DNA of 64,000 nucleotides from Octopus bimaculoides. Its lineage: Eukaryota. The notes under the pieces are model-generated. The model was not told the DNA's origin. It was given only the letters and a program-made list of their open reading frames with translations, and ran no database searches. Positions 1 to 13,093 of the stretch are shown here, piece by piece (position 1 is the stretch's first letter; each line of letters starts with the position of its first letter). A program made the translations under genes and the position numbers. The stretch is from assembly GCF_001194135.2 (NCBI RefSeq), contig NC_068992.1:48846568-48910567 (forward strand), written 5' to 3'.

Positions 1-164
1 ATGCTATACACGTGATGGAAAAGAAGAGACATAAGCATAGCATACAAAGGGGAAAAAAGTGGAGGATGATAGAGATGTGGCCATCCTGATACAGGAAAGC
101 CTCTAGGGATAATCGAGATTTCCCTGAAACCCCATGAGCAAATGTCCTCTCCAATTCCTTCTCT

Positions 165-545
165 CCGACGCACAGGTCTACAACTTAGAGAGGTACTGTC
201 CACTTTTGCCTTTTTCGCAACTTTCACCCACCTTTTAATAAGCTCACTCGAGGACAGCACTTCCCTCTCCACTCTCAATTTCCTCTTCGAGTGAAAGCTT
301 GAAAGAATCAATGAGAGTTCTACCAAAGAGGAATGTATCTGTCCTCATGCCTTTCAGCCTTGTCCACCAAACAACTTATTTCGCCACAGCCATCAGGCTA
401 AGAAAAACTACCTTGCCTGACCGATTGAAGGAGGGCGGCGGTGCAGTCATCACCACAAACTCCGTCAAGGAGACGAGCTGCGGAAAGATGAGCCTCACAA
501 ACGGAGCCCACACGCGCTCAAATCTTCTTCCATTTCTCGCCGAGT
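165..545 (-). mobile_element. Degenerate L1/Tx1-like LINE ORF2 C-terminal remnant
   Basis: Minus-strand translation with a stop and frameshift: VWAPFVRLIFPQLVSL..APPPSFNRSGKVVFLSLMAVAK*VVWWTRLKG..RKLRVEREVLSSSELIKRWVKVA. Resembles the K-xx-IWxxR / E-x-F-xxRW tail of Tx1-type ORF2 (recognised by eye). Confidence 0.5.
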
Positions 546-559
546 GTTTTCCGTACACC

Positions 560-1598
560 TAGGGCAGAGAAGCTCATTGTATGCATTCCCAGTTTACACA
601 CGCAAATTCACAGGTAAAATATGTATTTAAAAAAATAAATAAATAAATAAATTCAAGAATGGATGTTGTTTTCACAGCTATAATTTTCTTCTCATCACAT
701 GAGTCATTCCAGTTAACACGATTCTTTTTGCACTTCCTGTAGGGATGGTAATGCTGGTATCATTTTCAAATAGGTTTCAGTACCTTTTTTTTTTATCATT
801 CCTAGAGATCCTACAATCACTGGTACGGTAGTCGCCTTGAGGTGCCACATTTTTTCAATTTCTATTAGCAATCTTTATATTTACTGGTCTTGTCAAATTC
901 TTTCGCCGCTATATTATGATCGCAAGGAATATTCATGTCAATTAATAAACACATCTTTGTATGATCTTTTATAATAATATCCGGCTTATTAGCTTTTATA
1001 GTTTTGTCGGTATGTACGGGGAAGTCCCAGAGAATCGACACATTTTCTCCCTCACTCACACCTTCAGGATGGTATTTATACCATTTGTCAGCGGTTTTGA
1101 TTTTATAATGCCGACATATTGTCCAGTGTAAATACTTGGCGACTCTGTCATGTCTTGCTTTATATTCTACAGGTGCTATGACTCTACACCCTGAGATAAG
1201 GTGGTCTATAGTTTCAATCGCATCGTTACAAAATCGGCATTTTGTGTCAGCTCCATTTTTTATCACATTGGTTTGATAGTTCCGGGTTAATAAGCTTTGG
1301 TCTTGAGCAGCCAATATGAAACCTTCACTCTCTGCTTTTAGCCCTGAACTTCGTAACCACTGATGCGTGTGTTTCTGGTCGACATCAGCTTGTTTGCTAC
1401 GAGCCACATACTTGCCATGCAGAGGTTTCTGTTCCCATCTGATAGCTAATTGTTCATGTGTTTTGTCTTTGCAATTAGTTTTATTTTCTTTGCAGCAGCA
1501 GTTGGCGAATTTCCTTCAACCTGATCAATCTGGTAGGTATCTAAGAGATCAGTAGCGAATGTTTTGCTCTCTTTCAGAATAGAGTGAAGTTCTTTCGG
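560..1598 (-). mobile_element. 5'-truncated R4/Dong-like non-LTR retrotransposon (CCHC knuckle + restriction-like endonuclease), frameshifted
   Basis: ORF 865-1407 has GLKAESEGFILAAQDQ, CRFCNDAIETIDHLISGC, RHDRVAKYLHW, ILWDFP and KPDIII..LIDMNIP. A shifted frame continues LIEIEKMWHLKATTVPVIVGSLGMIKK. The 5' break abuts the (ATT)n run at 1599-1658. Confidence 0.9.
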
Positions 1599-1608
1599 TT
1601 TATTATTA

Positions 1609-1658
<50 letters not shown>

Positions 1659-1664
1659 TCTAGT

Positions 1665-1702
<38 letters not shown>

Positions 1703-2231
1703 TAGTAGTAGTAGTAGTAGTAGTAGTAGTAGGTGTTAATGTTGGAATTATTGCGGCCATGTCGTTCATTGCTCCCGATACTCATTCCTTCGTTCCTTTC
1801 TAACCTTCTTTCCTTTTCTCCTTCAAATAAGAAACAACGATAACCATAACAGCCACCATTATGAGAATCACATCTCACCGCCACCACCATAGCCACGATA
1901 GGTTGTAATGAATTTCTGTTGTAAATGTTGAAATAACAATTAAAAAATAAAGGAAGTGTCTTCTAAATGTGCGGAATATATAACAATTAAAATCTGCTTC
2001 TTATAATAGCAATAACAACGACAAATACAACAACAACAACAATAATAATAATAACTATAATAATAATAATAATAATGATGATGATGATGATGATGATGAT
2101 GAAGATAATAATAATGGTAATAATGACAACAACAACAGCAACAAAGTACTACACTATAAACAAAAGATCTAGGTTAAGTAAGCGTAAGCAAATTTTAATT
2201 GAATAGAAGTTGCGGCTTCAACTACAAGGCC

Positions 2232-3085
<854 letters not shown>

Positions 3086-3443
3086 GATCAGTCCTAATTT
3101 CGGGCTATTTCTGCCACTCTTCTGTACTAGACATCGTCGCTAGAAGGTGGTAGGGGTTCGCTTCCCTGCTCGCAATTTATCGGATGCAGTTCTGCATCGT
3201 TAACTAGCCAGAGGTGATTTCCTCTTAGGATTAAAAAATCGCAGTATAGTCCGTACGAACGTACGGCCATGTTGAAGTGGCTACGAATATTACTTGATAG
3301 CATAACTGCTGCGTTGATCTCTTGGAGAGATTTTAGAACTAGCATTTTTGCTTATCTGTATGTGTGCATATGTGTGTATACATACATACACACATATTTA
3401 TATATATANNNNNNNNNNNNNNNNNNNNNNNNNNNNNNNNNNN

Positions 3444-3488
<45 letters not shown>

Positions 3489-4311
3489 CACATATATATA
3501 TTCATATATATATATACATATATACACGCACGCATATAGATATATGCACAATATATACACACACTAGCAAAAGTATATAGTTATACCTATATGCGTGTCA
3601 TTTGGCCTATGTGTGTGTTTGTGTGTGTGCGTGTGTGCGTGCGTGTGTGTGTGTGTGTGTTATGCGTAATATTGCGTGAATCTATACTTTAAAAAAATTA
3701 AGTTAACTATGAAAAACTTTGAGAATTTCATAAAATAAAGACACGTTGTGCTGTTACTGGTAGGTCTTTTCGAGGCTGGTTGATCACTCTTCAGGGAAGA
3801 CGTACTTGCTTTCGTTCCACAATCAATACTGCTGAATATTCAGCTACTATAATAATGCAATGATGAATTAAATCAACTATTGCCGTAGTAAATAGCTTAA
3901 TTTTCTTATTTGTCCTTTAAACGACTCGACATTAATTAAACAATATATTTTTATGCACAACAAAGCATGAATCAGCGGAACATTACTAACATGGTGGTCA
4001 CTCTGCAATTTTTCACGCTTTTCTCTCCCACTCCTTCATTTTCACTCTTTCTCTTTCTTTTTTCTCTTCCTTTTTCCATCTCTCCAGCATAGCCACATTT
4101 CTTTTCTTTTTTTTTTTTGCCATTTTCACTTTACTTCCAGTAATTGTTCAGTCATCAAACATATTCCAATAGAAAATATCGTTTCTTCTTGTTCATCATC
4201 ATCATCATCATCCTCATCATCTATTACTACTACTTCTATCCACCACCTCCTCCCCTTCTGCTTTTCTCCTGTCTCTCCCACCTTCCCTTTCTTCTTCAGC
4301 AACAAAATTTT

Positions 4312-4386
<75 letters not shown>

Positions 4387-4854
4387 ATCATTTGTTTCTT
4401 TTAAACGCTACACCTCCAGCCAGGTTAATTTCATTTGTGTTTTGCTCTACATATATTGGTTTTGCTAGAAGGTGAAGAGGAAAAAGGAAAGAATAATAGA
4501 AGAGACAGAAAGAGCGAAGGACGTTGAGGATGGTCAAGAAGAAGAAGAAGAAGAAGAAGAAGAAGAAGAAGAAGAAGAAGANNNNNNNNNNNNNNNNNNN
4601 NNNNNNNNNNNNNNNNNNNNNNNNNNNNNNNNNNNNNNNNNNNNNNNNNNNNNNNNNNNNNNNNNNNNNNNNNNNNNNNNNNNNNNNNNNNNNNNNNNNN
4701 NNNNNNNNNNNNNNNNNNNNNNNNNNNNNNNNNNNNNNNNNNNNNNNNNNNNNNNNNNNNNNNNNNNNNNNNNNNNNNNNNNNNNNNNNNNNNNNNNNNN
4801 NNNNNNNNNNNNNNNNNNNNNNNNNNNNNNNNNGTGGAGGTTGTGGTGATACTG

Positions 4855-5095
4855 GTGATGGTAGTGATGGTAGTGATGGTGGTGTAGGCACCAATGATGT
4901 TTGTGTGACAGTAATGATGATGGTTGTAGTTGTGGTGATGGTAGTGATGGTGGTGGTAGCGGTGGTAGCGGTGGTGGTGGTGGTAGCGGTGGTAGCGGTG
5001 GTAGCGGTGGTAGCGGTGGTAGCGGTGGTGGTGGTGATGATGGTGATGGTGGTCGTAGTCGTCGTAGCTGTAGTTAGGGTTATGATGATGATGAA
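4855..5095. repeat. (GGT)n / (AGCGGTGGT)n compound microsatellite next to (GAA)n and a gap
   Basis: Direct reading; source of the poly-V/T/H ORFs. Confidence 0.95.
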
Positions 5096-5295
5096 GAGAA
5101 GGAGAAGGCGGAGGGTAGCGATTGCTAAGAACAACCTCATAGAAATGGTACAAAATTTTCGAGTTTTACAGCTTGAATTCATAAATTATTTTCACTCAGA
5201 TTCATCACGTGGGAAATGTTACAGGCGATAATGAAATGCAAGAATGAAATGAAAAGCAAACAAGTCTGCTTGTACAACTAGCTATCATTATTTTA

Positions 5296-5330
<35 letters not shown>

Positions 5331-5340
5331 NNNNNNNNNN

Positions 5341-5380
<40 letters not shown>

Positions 5381-5381
<1 letters not shown>

Positions 5382-5521
5382 AGGTGGCGAACTGTCAGGA
5401 TCGTTATCACGCCGGGTGAAATGTTTAGCAGTATTTCGTCCGCCTTTACTATTCTGAGTTCAAATTCCACTAAGGCTGACTTTACCTTTCATGCTTTTGG
5501 GGTCGATAAGATAGGCATCAG
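5381..5521 (+). mobile_element. SINE family B, 5' part
   Basis: GGTGGCGAACTGTCAGGATCGTTA..GTTCAAATTCC..TTTCATGCTTTTGGGGTCGATAA, directly after (ATT)n. Confidence 0.8.
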
Positions 5522-5723
5522 TAAAACATTGCAATATCTATAATCTTGGTTTTCCTTTCTCTCTCTATCTGCCACAACAATATCTGGTCTCCGAGCCTTG
5601 ATTAGAGAGCCACATTGGATTGTAAAATCCCACAGTATTTTATATTCCTTATTCTCGGTGACTCCACGTTCACGTTCGTACCATTTCCGTGCTCCGTTCA
5701 GACCGTACTTTTCACATAGCCTC

Positions 5724-5832
5724 CAGTGCTGGCAGAATCGTTAGCACACCGGGCGAAATGTTTAGCTGCATTTCGTCCGTCTGTACGTTCTGAGTTCAAA
5801 TTCCGCCGAGGTCGATTTTGCCTTTCATCCTG
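5724..5832 (+). mobile_element. SINE family B, 5' part
   Basis: CTGGCAGAATCGTTAGCAC..GTTCAAATTCCGCCGAGGTCGA..CCTTTCATCC, followed by (ATT)n. Confidence 0.85.
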
Positions 5833-5840
5833 TAATAGAA

Positions 5841-5909
<69 letters not shown>

Positions 5910-6040
5910 TGAGAGAGCAGCGCATACCATCAAAGTGACATTAGGGTAGAAATATACGAAGCCCAATATACCAATCATGTCTGCCCATCTGATAAACGTA
6001 TACCAGGCACATGCATCACAACCATTTGTGCATGACATTG
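5910..6040. mobile_element. Family E repeat, copy 2 (one end)
   Basis: TGAGAGAGCAGCGCATACCATCAAAGTGACA.. closely matches 59428-59490 and begins at an (ATT)n run. Confidence 0.75.
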
Positions 6041-6051
6041 GACGATAGCAC

Positions 6052-6260
6052 AACTTCAATTCACACCATCCATACAGTGTAAAGAGAGGGATTGCTCAGT
6101 GCCTAAAACATCGAGCAAAGAATATAAGCAGCGATCCTGATACACAGCACGAAGGAATGATCGAGCTAAGTAACAATCTATTAAGCAACAACTACCCACA
6201 AAACATACTATCCACTCCAATTATGAAGAAAAGAGAGTATCAACCCTTATCATCCCTTTA
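6052..6260 (+). mobile_element. Penelope-like element fragment (post-RT region)
   Basis: Open frame without ATG: NFNSHHPYSVKRGIAQCLKHRAKNISSDPDTQHEGMIELSNNLLSNNYPQNIL. Matches the SHHP..KRG...L..RA..I.S / L..N.YP signature of Penelope-like polyproteins. Confidence 0.75.
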
Positions 6261-7764
6261 TGCGTGGTAGGTATTCGTATTCTATTTATATACATTTTAG
6301 AATGGTAGTTTCAGAACGCTGTTAGTAGTTTTCTAGTTTTCACGTCTAAGCTTTTCACCGCATATTATATTATTGAATTGTTTAGGTTTGAGACAATTAA
6401 TTTGCATCTTCTTAAAGTAGCTTTGGGACATTTGCTACGTTCCATACTTATGTTTATATTAAAGATGAGTTTAGGATTTTTTTTCTTTTGCTTATAGATT
6501 CATATGTGATTTACACTTATTTACAAGAGTCAATACTCGATATATGCTGAATATTGTCCCTTATGAATACATTCGCAAAGAGAGGGTGGTTTATAATGTG
6601 TCCACACCATCTATAACCAACGAAGGTTTTATTCAGAAAATTTGTTAACGAAGGCAAAACTAGAGAAAAATAACGAGGTGTCTCTCTAAAATATTCATCT
6701 TGTGGATATAAGTCTGATTTTAATAGTCTCTCTTTGACATGACTTATTTGATGTATTACATTTGTTTTATTTATATGCAGCATCTTCATTATCTAAGAAT
6801 GTGTCATACTGTCACCAGGTTTTTTTTTTTTTTTTTTTGGTAATTTTAATTTCAGTATTAGCCTGTCTTTTACAAAACCCTCTTTCTAACACTATATTTG
6901 CTCCTCTGGTGAGATGTTATTGGCTTCTAAGCGAGCAGTCAACTTGATACGGAGTATAGATGAAAGGATTGTGTATGTTGTTGGTAAATAAATTATAGAT
7001 CACTAATTTTGCTGTCGTAAGACTGTGTTCATTTTTTTCCCCCGTTTAAAGAATTACTATTGTTTCTCCTCCTAGTAACCATTCTTAAGTGTTAACAATT
7101 ATGCTATGTTTAACAACTCATTAAATGTTGTTACAGATTCTTCACTGTTGTTTAGATGTTTCAACAAATAACTGAAGAGCCTTTGTCGATCTGGCAGCCT
7201 GGCATTTGCTTGCAATCTTTTACTATATTGTCAAGCTGAGTCACGCTTGCGGTATTATTACATTTTCTTGCCCTTTCTCTTTTTATTCTTTGTTCTTATT
7301 GACAGTACTCAATGCTTTTCGCTCCAAATTTCCAACCAATATTCTACGAATTCTGTTGCTGATGTTATTGTGGTTGTTGTTGTGTCATCTATTGTTTTGA
7401 TTTTGTGTTTATTGTTGTTCTCTTTGTTGTTCATGTTCCTGTAAATGTGTTATTATTTGTTTCAGATGCCTTGTTCACCTTAGAGAAATGCTTAACTTTC
7501 TTGCAGCGTCTTATTCTGTTTTCTTTTATCATTACCATTATTATTTAAAGTGCAGTTGTTGTTGTTGTTATTATTATTATTATCATTATTATTTATTAAT
7601 TAATTAACTAATTAATTAATCTTCCGCTTTTATTTTCTTATCTTTCTTCTGGCTTCCTTTCCATTTCTCTTCTTCTTTCTACCCTTCAGTCTCTATCATT
7701 CATTTTTCTAATTTCTATTCTTCTTCTTCTTCTTCTTCTTCTTCTTCTTCTTCTTCTTCTTCTT

Positions 7765-7795
<31 letters not shown>

Positions 7796-8241
7796 TCGGT
7801 TTTCTTCTCTCCGGTTTTCTTCTTCTGCACTTAATTCTCTCTTCGTCATCATCTTCACCATCTTTAACGCTGAATTTGCGACGAATACTACTAGCACTGC
7901 TGCTTCTCTGACTATTACTACTACCACTAACACCAACAACATCACCACTACTATCACTACCACCGCCACAACCACCAACACTACCACTGCCGCAACTAAT
8001 ACTACTACCACTACAAATACTACTGCTATCACCAGCACAGCCACCACTACTACCCTACACTACTACCACCACTACTACTACTATTACTACTGTCGCTCTT
8101 ACCATCACTACTACTGCTGAAAGTGGTTTTGGCTACTAATTTTCTTCTTGCAACTACGACTTACTTCGTCATAAAATTCGATCAATTCTTCTATCAGAGA
8201 ATTATCTCTAAAACAGTTGTAGATTTCACCATAAAATCCCC

Positions 8242-8771
8242 TGACGTCACTTCACAAATCAATGACATCACTGTTCTGAATGGTTTACCTCATCACTCAA
8301 CTAATGTTGAAGCTCGTATGCTGAGAACAGATGAGAGAGCTGTTGTTTCTAGTAAAATTCTTTGTCCAGGGCGGGCATCACATGAAGTAATTTTTACCGA
8401 CAGAGACGACCGCTGGCTTTCTTGGAATTAATTATTTTTACTGGGCTTCACGATTCGATAACAATGTCCTTTACCTGTGTTTATTTTTTTCTTTCTTTTA
8501 GACAGTGATAAAATTGTAAATATATGTACACCTGTAAATAAATAAATAAATAACAAGTGACTCGTTTTAAACATAACGATACAAACGACTGACGTCAGCA
8601 CACTAAATCGCAGTCAGATTTATATTGTCAAAACTACCTAGTGCTATATTTTACTATACAAAGGAATGAAGTCACCACACAAAGAGGAAAAAACAACTGA
8701 AATCATCGTTAAACAAATGGTAGATTTAAGCACATAAACGTTTGACGTCATTGCACAAACGAACGACGTCA
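8242..8771. promoter_or_regulatory. Cluster of cAMP-response elements (candidate CREB/ATF-regulated promoter or enhancer)
   Basis: Perfect TGACGTCA at 8242-8249, 8590-8597 and 8743-8750. One-mismatch sites TGACATCA at 8263-8270 and CGACGTCA at 8764-8771. Lies in non-repetitive sequence. Confidence 0.55.
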
Positions 8772-9474
8772 TCACAATAACAGTTAGCTTAGAAGGAATT
8801 AAAGCGAGTCTCAAACAGACAGCATTGCACAGAGGAATCACACCAGCATGCTGACGAGAAAACATCGATTCTTGCCACAGAATGTTTTAACAACAGCAAG
8901 GTTCGTTTATTAGGTTATTCTACAAAGACTTTCTTCTTAAGACCTTATTAAAAAGCTGTACTTGCATGTGTGTGCGTGCATGTATACGCTTGTATAGTAA
9001 GCAAGCATGTGTTTGTTCATAGTACATGCATGTGTGGAAGCAAATGCATAAAAGCAAGTGTTTGTGCGTGCGTGCATGTGTGTGTGTGTGTGTGTGTGCA
9101 TGCGTGTATGTATATGCGTGTGTTATTTCCTCCATTGAAGCGAAATATCTTGTTGCGTAGGAACATATCACATTTCTGGCGAATGATATTCAATTACTAA
9201 TTTCCTTGAAAGAAGGCACGTGAAAACATGTAATCTTTCTCATTGGTAAGCCTTTAATGAGTTTCAAATGCCATTAAAATCTTACACTTAACATCACTTC
9301 CAATGAACTCGGAAACCATGAAAATAAAGGAATAACGAAATGTTACAGTAAAAAGACGCCATTACTACTCGAGGTTATTCACAGATATCACGCTCTTTTT
9401 GGTGGGAAACAACAAATGCTCTAAGTCAATAAAATACATTTCTGATACATGCAGTGCAATAATTGAGCAACACA

Positions 9475-9505
9475 GTGTTGTTGTTGTTGTTGGTGTTGTT
9501 TTTGC

Positions 9506-9545
<40 letters not shown>

Positions 9546-9553
9546 GCTGCTGC

Positions 9554-9606
<53 letters not shown>
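9475..9606. repeat. (GTT)n microsatellite
   Basis: Direct reading; source of the poly-Q and poly-V ORFs. Confidence 0.97.
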
Positions 9607-10494
9607 CACTATAGGTCAGGCCTAATCAAGCTGTTGTAGCGAGATACCGGCTGAGATTTGAACCATAACTCTCAGTTTTTCCCAGTTCAGAACCATCTAA
9701 CTAATGTATTTCCATAAAAGGAAAAATGCAACCATGAAAGTTATTTAACGTTTATGTAAATATGATTCTATCAGGCAGTACTGGTTGATTTATTATAGTC
9801 GACACGGCAGACTTCAAACTTATGCAGCGAGTTTTCATGCCAAGGAGATTGGCCGAAGATTCTAGAAGTTAGCTTATAGCTATACAAGCTGACAAACTAA
9901 AACCTAGGCCAAGGAACTGCTAAGCCGTCAGTTGCAATCTATGTCATTTGTATGGGCAGTTGGTTTGTTTCCACGTCCTTCACTTTTCTTATACAGCATG
10001 TTAATGCTGCATTCAGCAATACACATCAACCTTGGCTTATAGTATCAAACAATACACATTAATTATATGCAGTACAGTACTTTTAAGAATTATCCAGCAA
10101 ATTATAATCAGTAGATTCCAAACTGTTATGTTCTGTCTACATTGTTCTATTAATTCACGGGATGTACTTATATAACGACGCGGGTTAAGAAAATATTTGA
10201 AAACTGAATTGAACTTTCGCACGGTTATTGTTTACGTGCCCAACCTTCCTCACATTTTGAACAGCCAGTGAAGAACATATCGCCAACCACCATATTAAGC
10301 AGTCTTGTAATCAGAAAGATTCTAACCGTGCCTATCTCATATTTTTATTATGTTTAGTGTAGCGTTCATTTTATTTTTATTTAATGGGGTTTTTTTCAAA
10401 GATGGTCTGGTGTGCCTAGGGTGAAATATGTTTGCTATTTCTAGCAGCGATTTTGAGGCAAGTACTTGACGATTTTGAAGCTAGTACTTGACGA

Positions 10495-10620
10495 GTACTT
10501 TATTTTATCACTCCCGACATGATGAAGGGCAGAGCTGACTTCAAGAGGATTTGAACGCAGTACCTAAAGGACTGATAGAAATAGAGATTTCCAGCACTCA
10601 AATGATTCTGCCAGCTCAGT
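10495..10620 (-). mobile_element. Diverged SINE family B copy
   Basis: GTACTTTATTTTATCA..GATTTGAAC..GATTCTGCCAGCTC matches the reverse complement of the family B head and core. Confidence 0.6.
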
Positions 10621-11784
10621 CGTTTGGTAATAATGATTTATAAAATTGGCACAAACCCACACATTCAGTGGAGGCAGGGAGTGTAAGGGATTTCGTCGAC
10701 CCAGTTCTTCAATAGTACTTTATTTCATCGACACTGACATTTTGGAAACCAAAATCGCAGTCTCAACGTGATTAAACGTCAACAAATGTATGTAAATACC
10801 AGAAAGCATTTTATTTCAAGGTTCAAACATTCCTGCTAAAAGAGGTTGATTTTCCGATGAAAATCGGTTTTTCTGCCGGTCGAAGCAGAAATGTCACTGT
10901 TCTTCATTTTCTCCGATAAGAGGAAGATTCAATTTGAACCCTGAACGCAGACAGCCAGAACTGATATCACAAAGCAGATTCTCATATGCTCTGATAATTC
11001 CATCAATCTTCGACTGGTAATTTATTTAAAGACCTAAAAAAGATTAATTAAAAAAAAAAAGAAGTAGCCGTGTGTTGGATGCGAACTCAGAATGTAGGAT
11101 TACTTACTGCAAAACTAATTCTTACGATGCTGCCAATTCTCAGTTCATTCTGACATAAAGCGAATAAGGTACAATCAACTACATTTGCCCAAATGCATGA
11201 AGGATATTTAGTCCCTCGCACTCCGGCGGCTGAAACACAAACAAGATTCATCCAGGTGGAATTCGAAACCAGAACTTCAAAGACCATTAGATAAACAACA
11301 CGCTTTCTATTCAGTCTGCTACTGTTACTACCATTTCACAGTCTTAATATCTAAGGTGTATTAAATAGTTAATACTCAAGGGATTCCTTCTTTTAGTCGA
11401 TATTAAAGGCAGAAATATCATTTAGTTGTTCAATCGATAAAATTCAATTACAGAAATTATTTATTTTCTATTAAAAATTATTATTTTTTTGTGTGCGTGT
11501 TCTGTGAATATGTGTGTTTGTAAAATGTGAGTGAATGTGTGTAGGCATGTTTGCATATATGTTTATATCTGTATATGTATTTATAAAGATATATACACAC
11601 ACAGACCTGTATACAAACATGCACATACGCCGCATATATGCGCATGTAAGTACACATACAGACAACATACGCACACACGAACACAAGTATACACGCACAT
11701 ACACACATATATTTATATACATATGTAAAGATATGCATGTATGTATGTTTGTATATATAAATATATACACACACNNNNNNNNNN

Positions 11785-11821
<37 letters not shown>

Positions 11822-12187
11822 GTATATGCATGTATGTATGTTTGTATATATAAATATATACACACACACAGGCATGTGTGTGTGTACTTACGCGATTAGT
11901 ATTTTTTTTATATATTGACTAGTTTCAGTCTTTGGACTACTGCCATACCAGGGGCACAATCGTAAAAGGTTTTGCCGACCATGTCGATCTCAGTACATAT
12001 TTCAATCTGTTATTTAATTTCTCATTATCTATTTGTCGAACCGTTATTTAACGAGTCACAAAGCGAAACTAACGTAAATAAAACTTTCTCAACGTGCCAT
12101 GCACTACGGCCGAACACGAAACCAGGGGAGGCTCTTAACAACGTCATGCCACTGACTCGAATAATAATATATAATTTATAAATATGT

Positions 12188-12288
12188 GCCACTGCGCGGC
12201 ACCTTGAGCAAGTGTTTTCTACAATAGCCTCGCTCTGACCAAAGCCTACTGGGAGGATTTGGTTGACAGAAACTGAAGGAAGCTCACT
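12188..12288 (+). mobile_element. CORE-like SINE (family A) fragment
   Basis: GCCACTGCGCGGCACCTTGAGCAAGTGTTTTCTACAATAGCC..ACCAAAGCC..GAAACTGAAGGAAGC, homologous to 54000-54095. Confidence 0.75.
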
Positions 12289-12291
12289 TTC

Positions 12292-12692
12292 GTGACCTCT
12301 ATTAATGTTGCCTCTGGGTTCTAATCGCTAATGAGTCAGCCTTTTAATTAGTTATTTACACTTACACCGATTAGAAAATCAGCATATGATTTAAACGGTT
12401 TTTTTAATACTATTGACAGAGGAAGGTGAGTTTAACCCTAGGCACTAAAAGCCGCTGATGAGAATTAAGGTGTCCAACACCAAGATTCGAAGTCGCGATA
12501 CGGCTTCGTACGCTAGGGATTTACCTCCCTTTGTCAGTCATTAAATTAGTGCTCTGTGGCTTTAGAGTTAATTTAACTCTCATCTTAGCGTAATCGGTGC
12601 TGACCAAACACCCTCTGTCACTTATGTGACCTCTATTATTTTAGCCTTTAGGTTCTAACTGCTAATAAGCCAACTTTTTAATTAGTCGTTTA
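12292..12692 (+). mobile_element. Candidate non-LTR retrozyme / Penelope-type repeat unit (~334-bp monomer bounded by 67-bp direct repeats)
   Basis: 12292-12358 and 12626-12692 align without gaps (about 54/67 identical) and enclose a hammerhead fold and several inverted repeats. Confidence 0.6.
12414..12536 (+). ncRNA. Type I hammerhead ribozyme fold (A15.1->G variant)
   Basis: Stem I AAGCCG 12449-54 / CGGCTT 12501-06; core CTGATGA 12455-61. Stem II GAATT/GATTC plus GGTGT-CCA-ACACC 12462-88; GAA 12489-91. Short stem III around palindromic CGCG; ATA triplet 12498-12500. Stem I extends via CCCTAG/CTAGGG and an 18-nt helix with 17 pairs. Confidence 0.8.
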
Positions 12693-12830
12693 TATATATG
12701 TCTGTAAACAAAGTCCGTTTTGTTTTTATGCTCCCGTTCATTTTCCTAACGTCCTGTACCCGAATATCCATCTATATATACATGTAGATGTAGATATACA
12801 TGCATATGCTTATATATCATTTGTTTTATC

Positions 12831-12861
<31 letters not shown>

Positions 12862-12865
12862 CGTT

Positions 12866-13093
12866 TGTGTGTGTGTGTATTTATGTATACGTTTGTGTCA
12901 GTTTGACAACCGGTGTTGATGTGTTTATGTCCCCGTCACATAGCGGTTCAACACAAGGGAACGATAATATAAGTACCAAGCTCACCAAAGATAATGGTAC
13001 TGGCTGGTATCCGTTCGTTCGACTAAAAATTCTTCAAGGTGGTGCCCAGCTTCATCCTCAGTCTAATGATTGAAATAAGTAAAAGATAAAAGA
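12866..13093 (+). mobile_element. SINE family A, 3' half
   Basis: TTGACAACCGGTGTTGATGTGTTTATGTCCCCGTCACATAGCGGTTC..AATGATTGAAATAAGTAAAAGATAAAAGA, homologous to 54175-54360. Confidence 0.8.

Noticed and set aside
8123-8431. 102-aa plus-strand ORF overlapping the CRE cluster
   Set aside because: Starts at GTG, has no recognisable motif and no flanking splice pair; more likely incidental.
10195-10260. Minus-strand GCACG/CGTGC stem followed by GAAA, hammerhead-like
   Set aside because: The CUGANGA box is mutated and separated from the stem by extra bases, and stems I and III are not supported.
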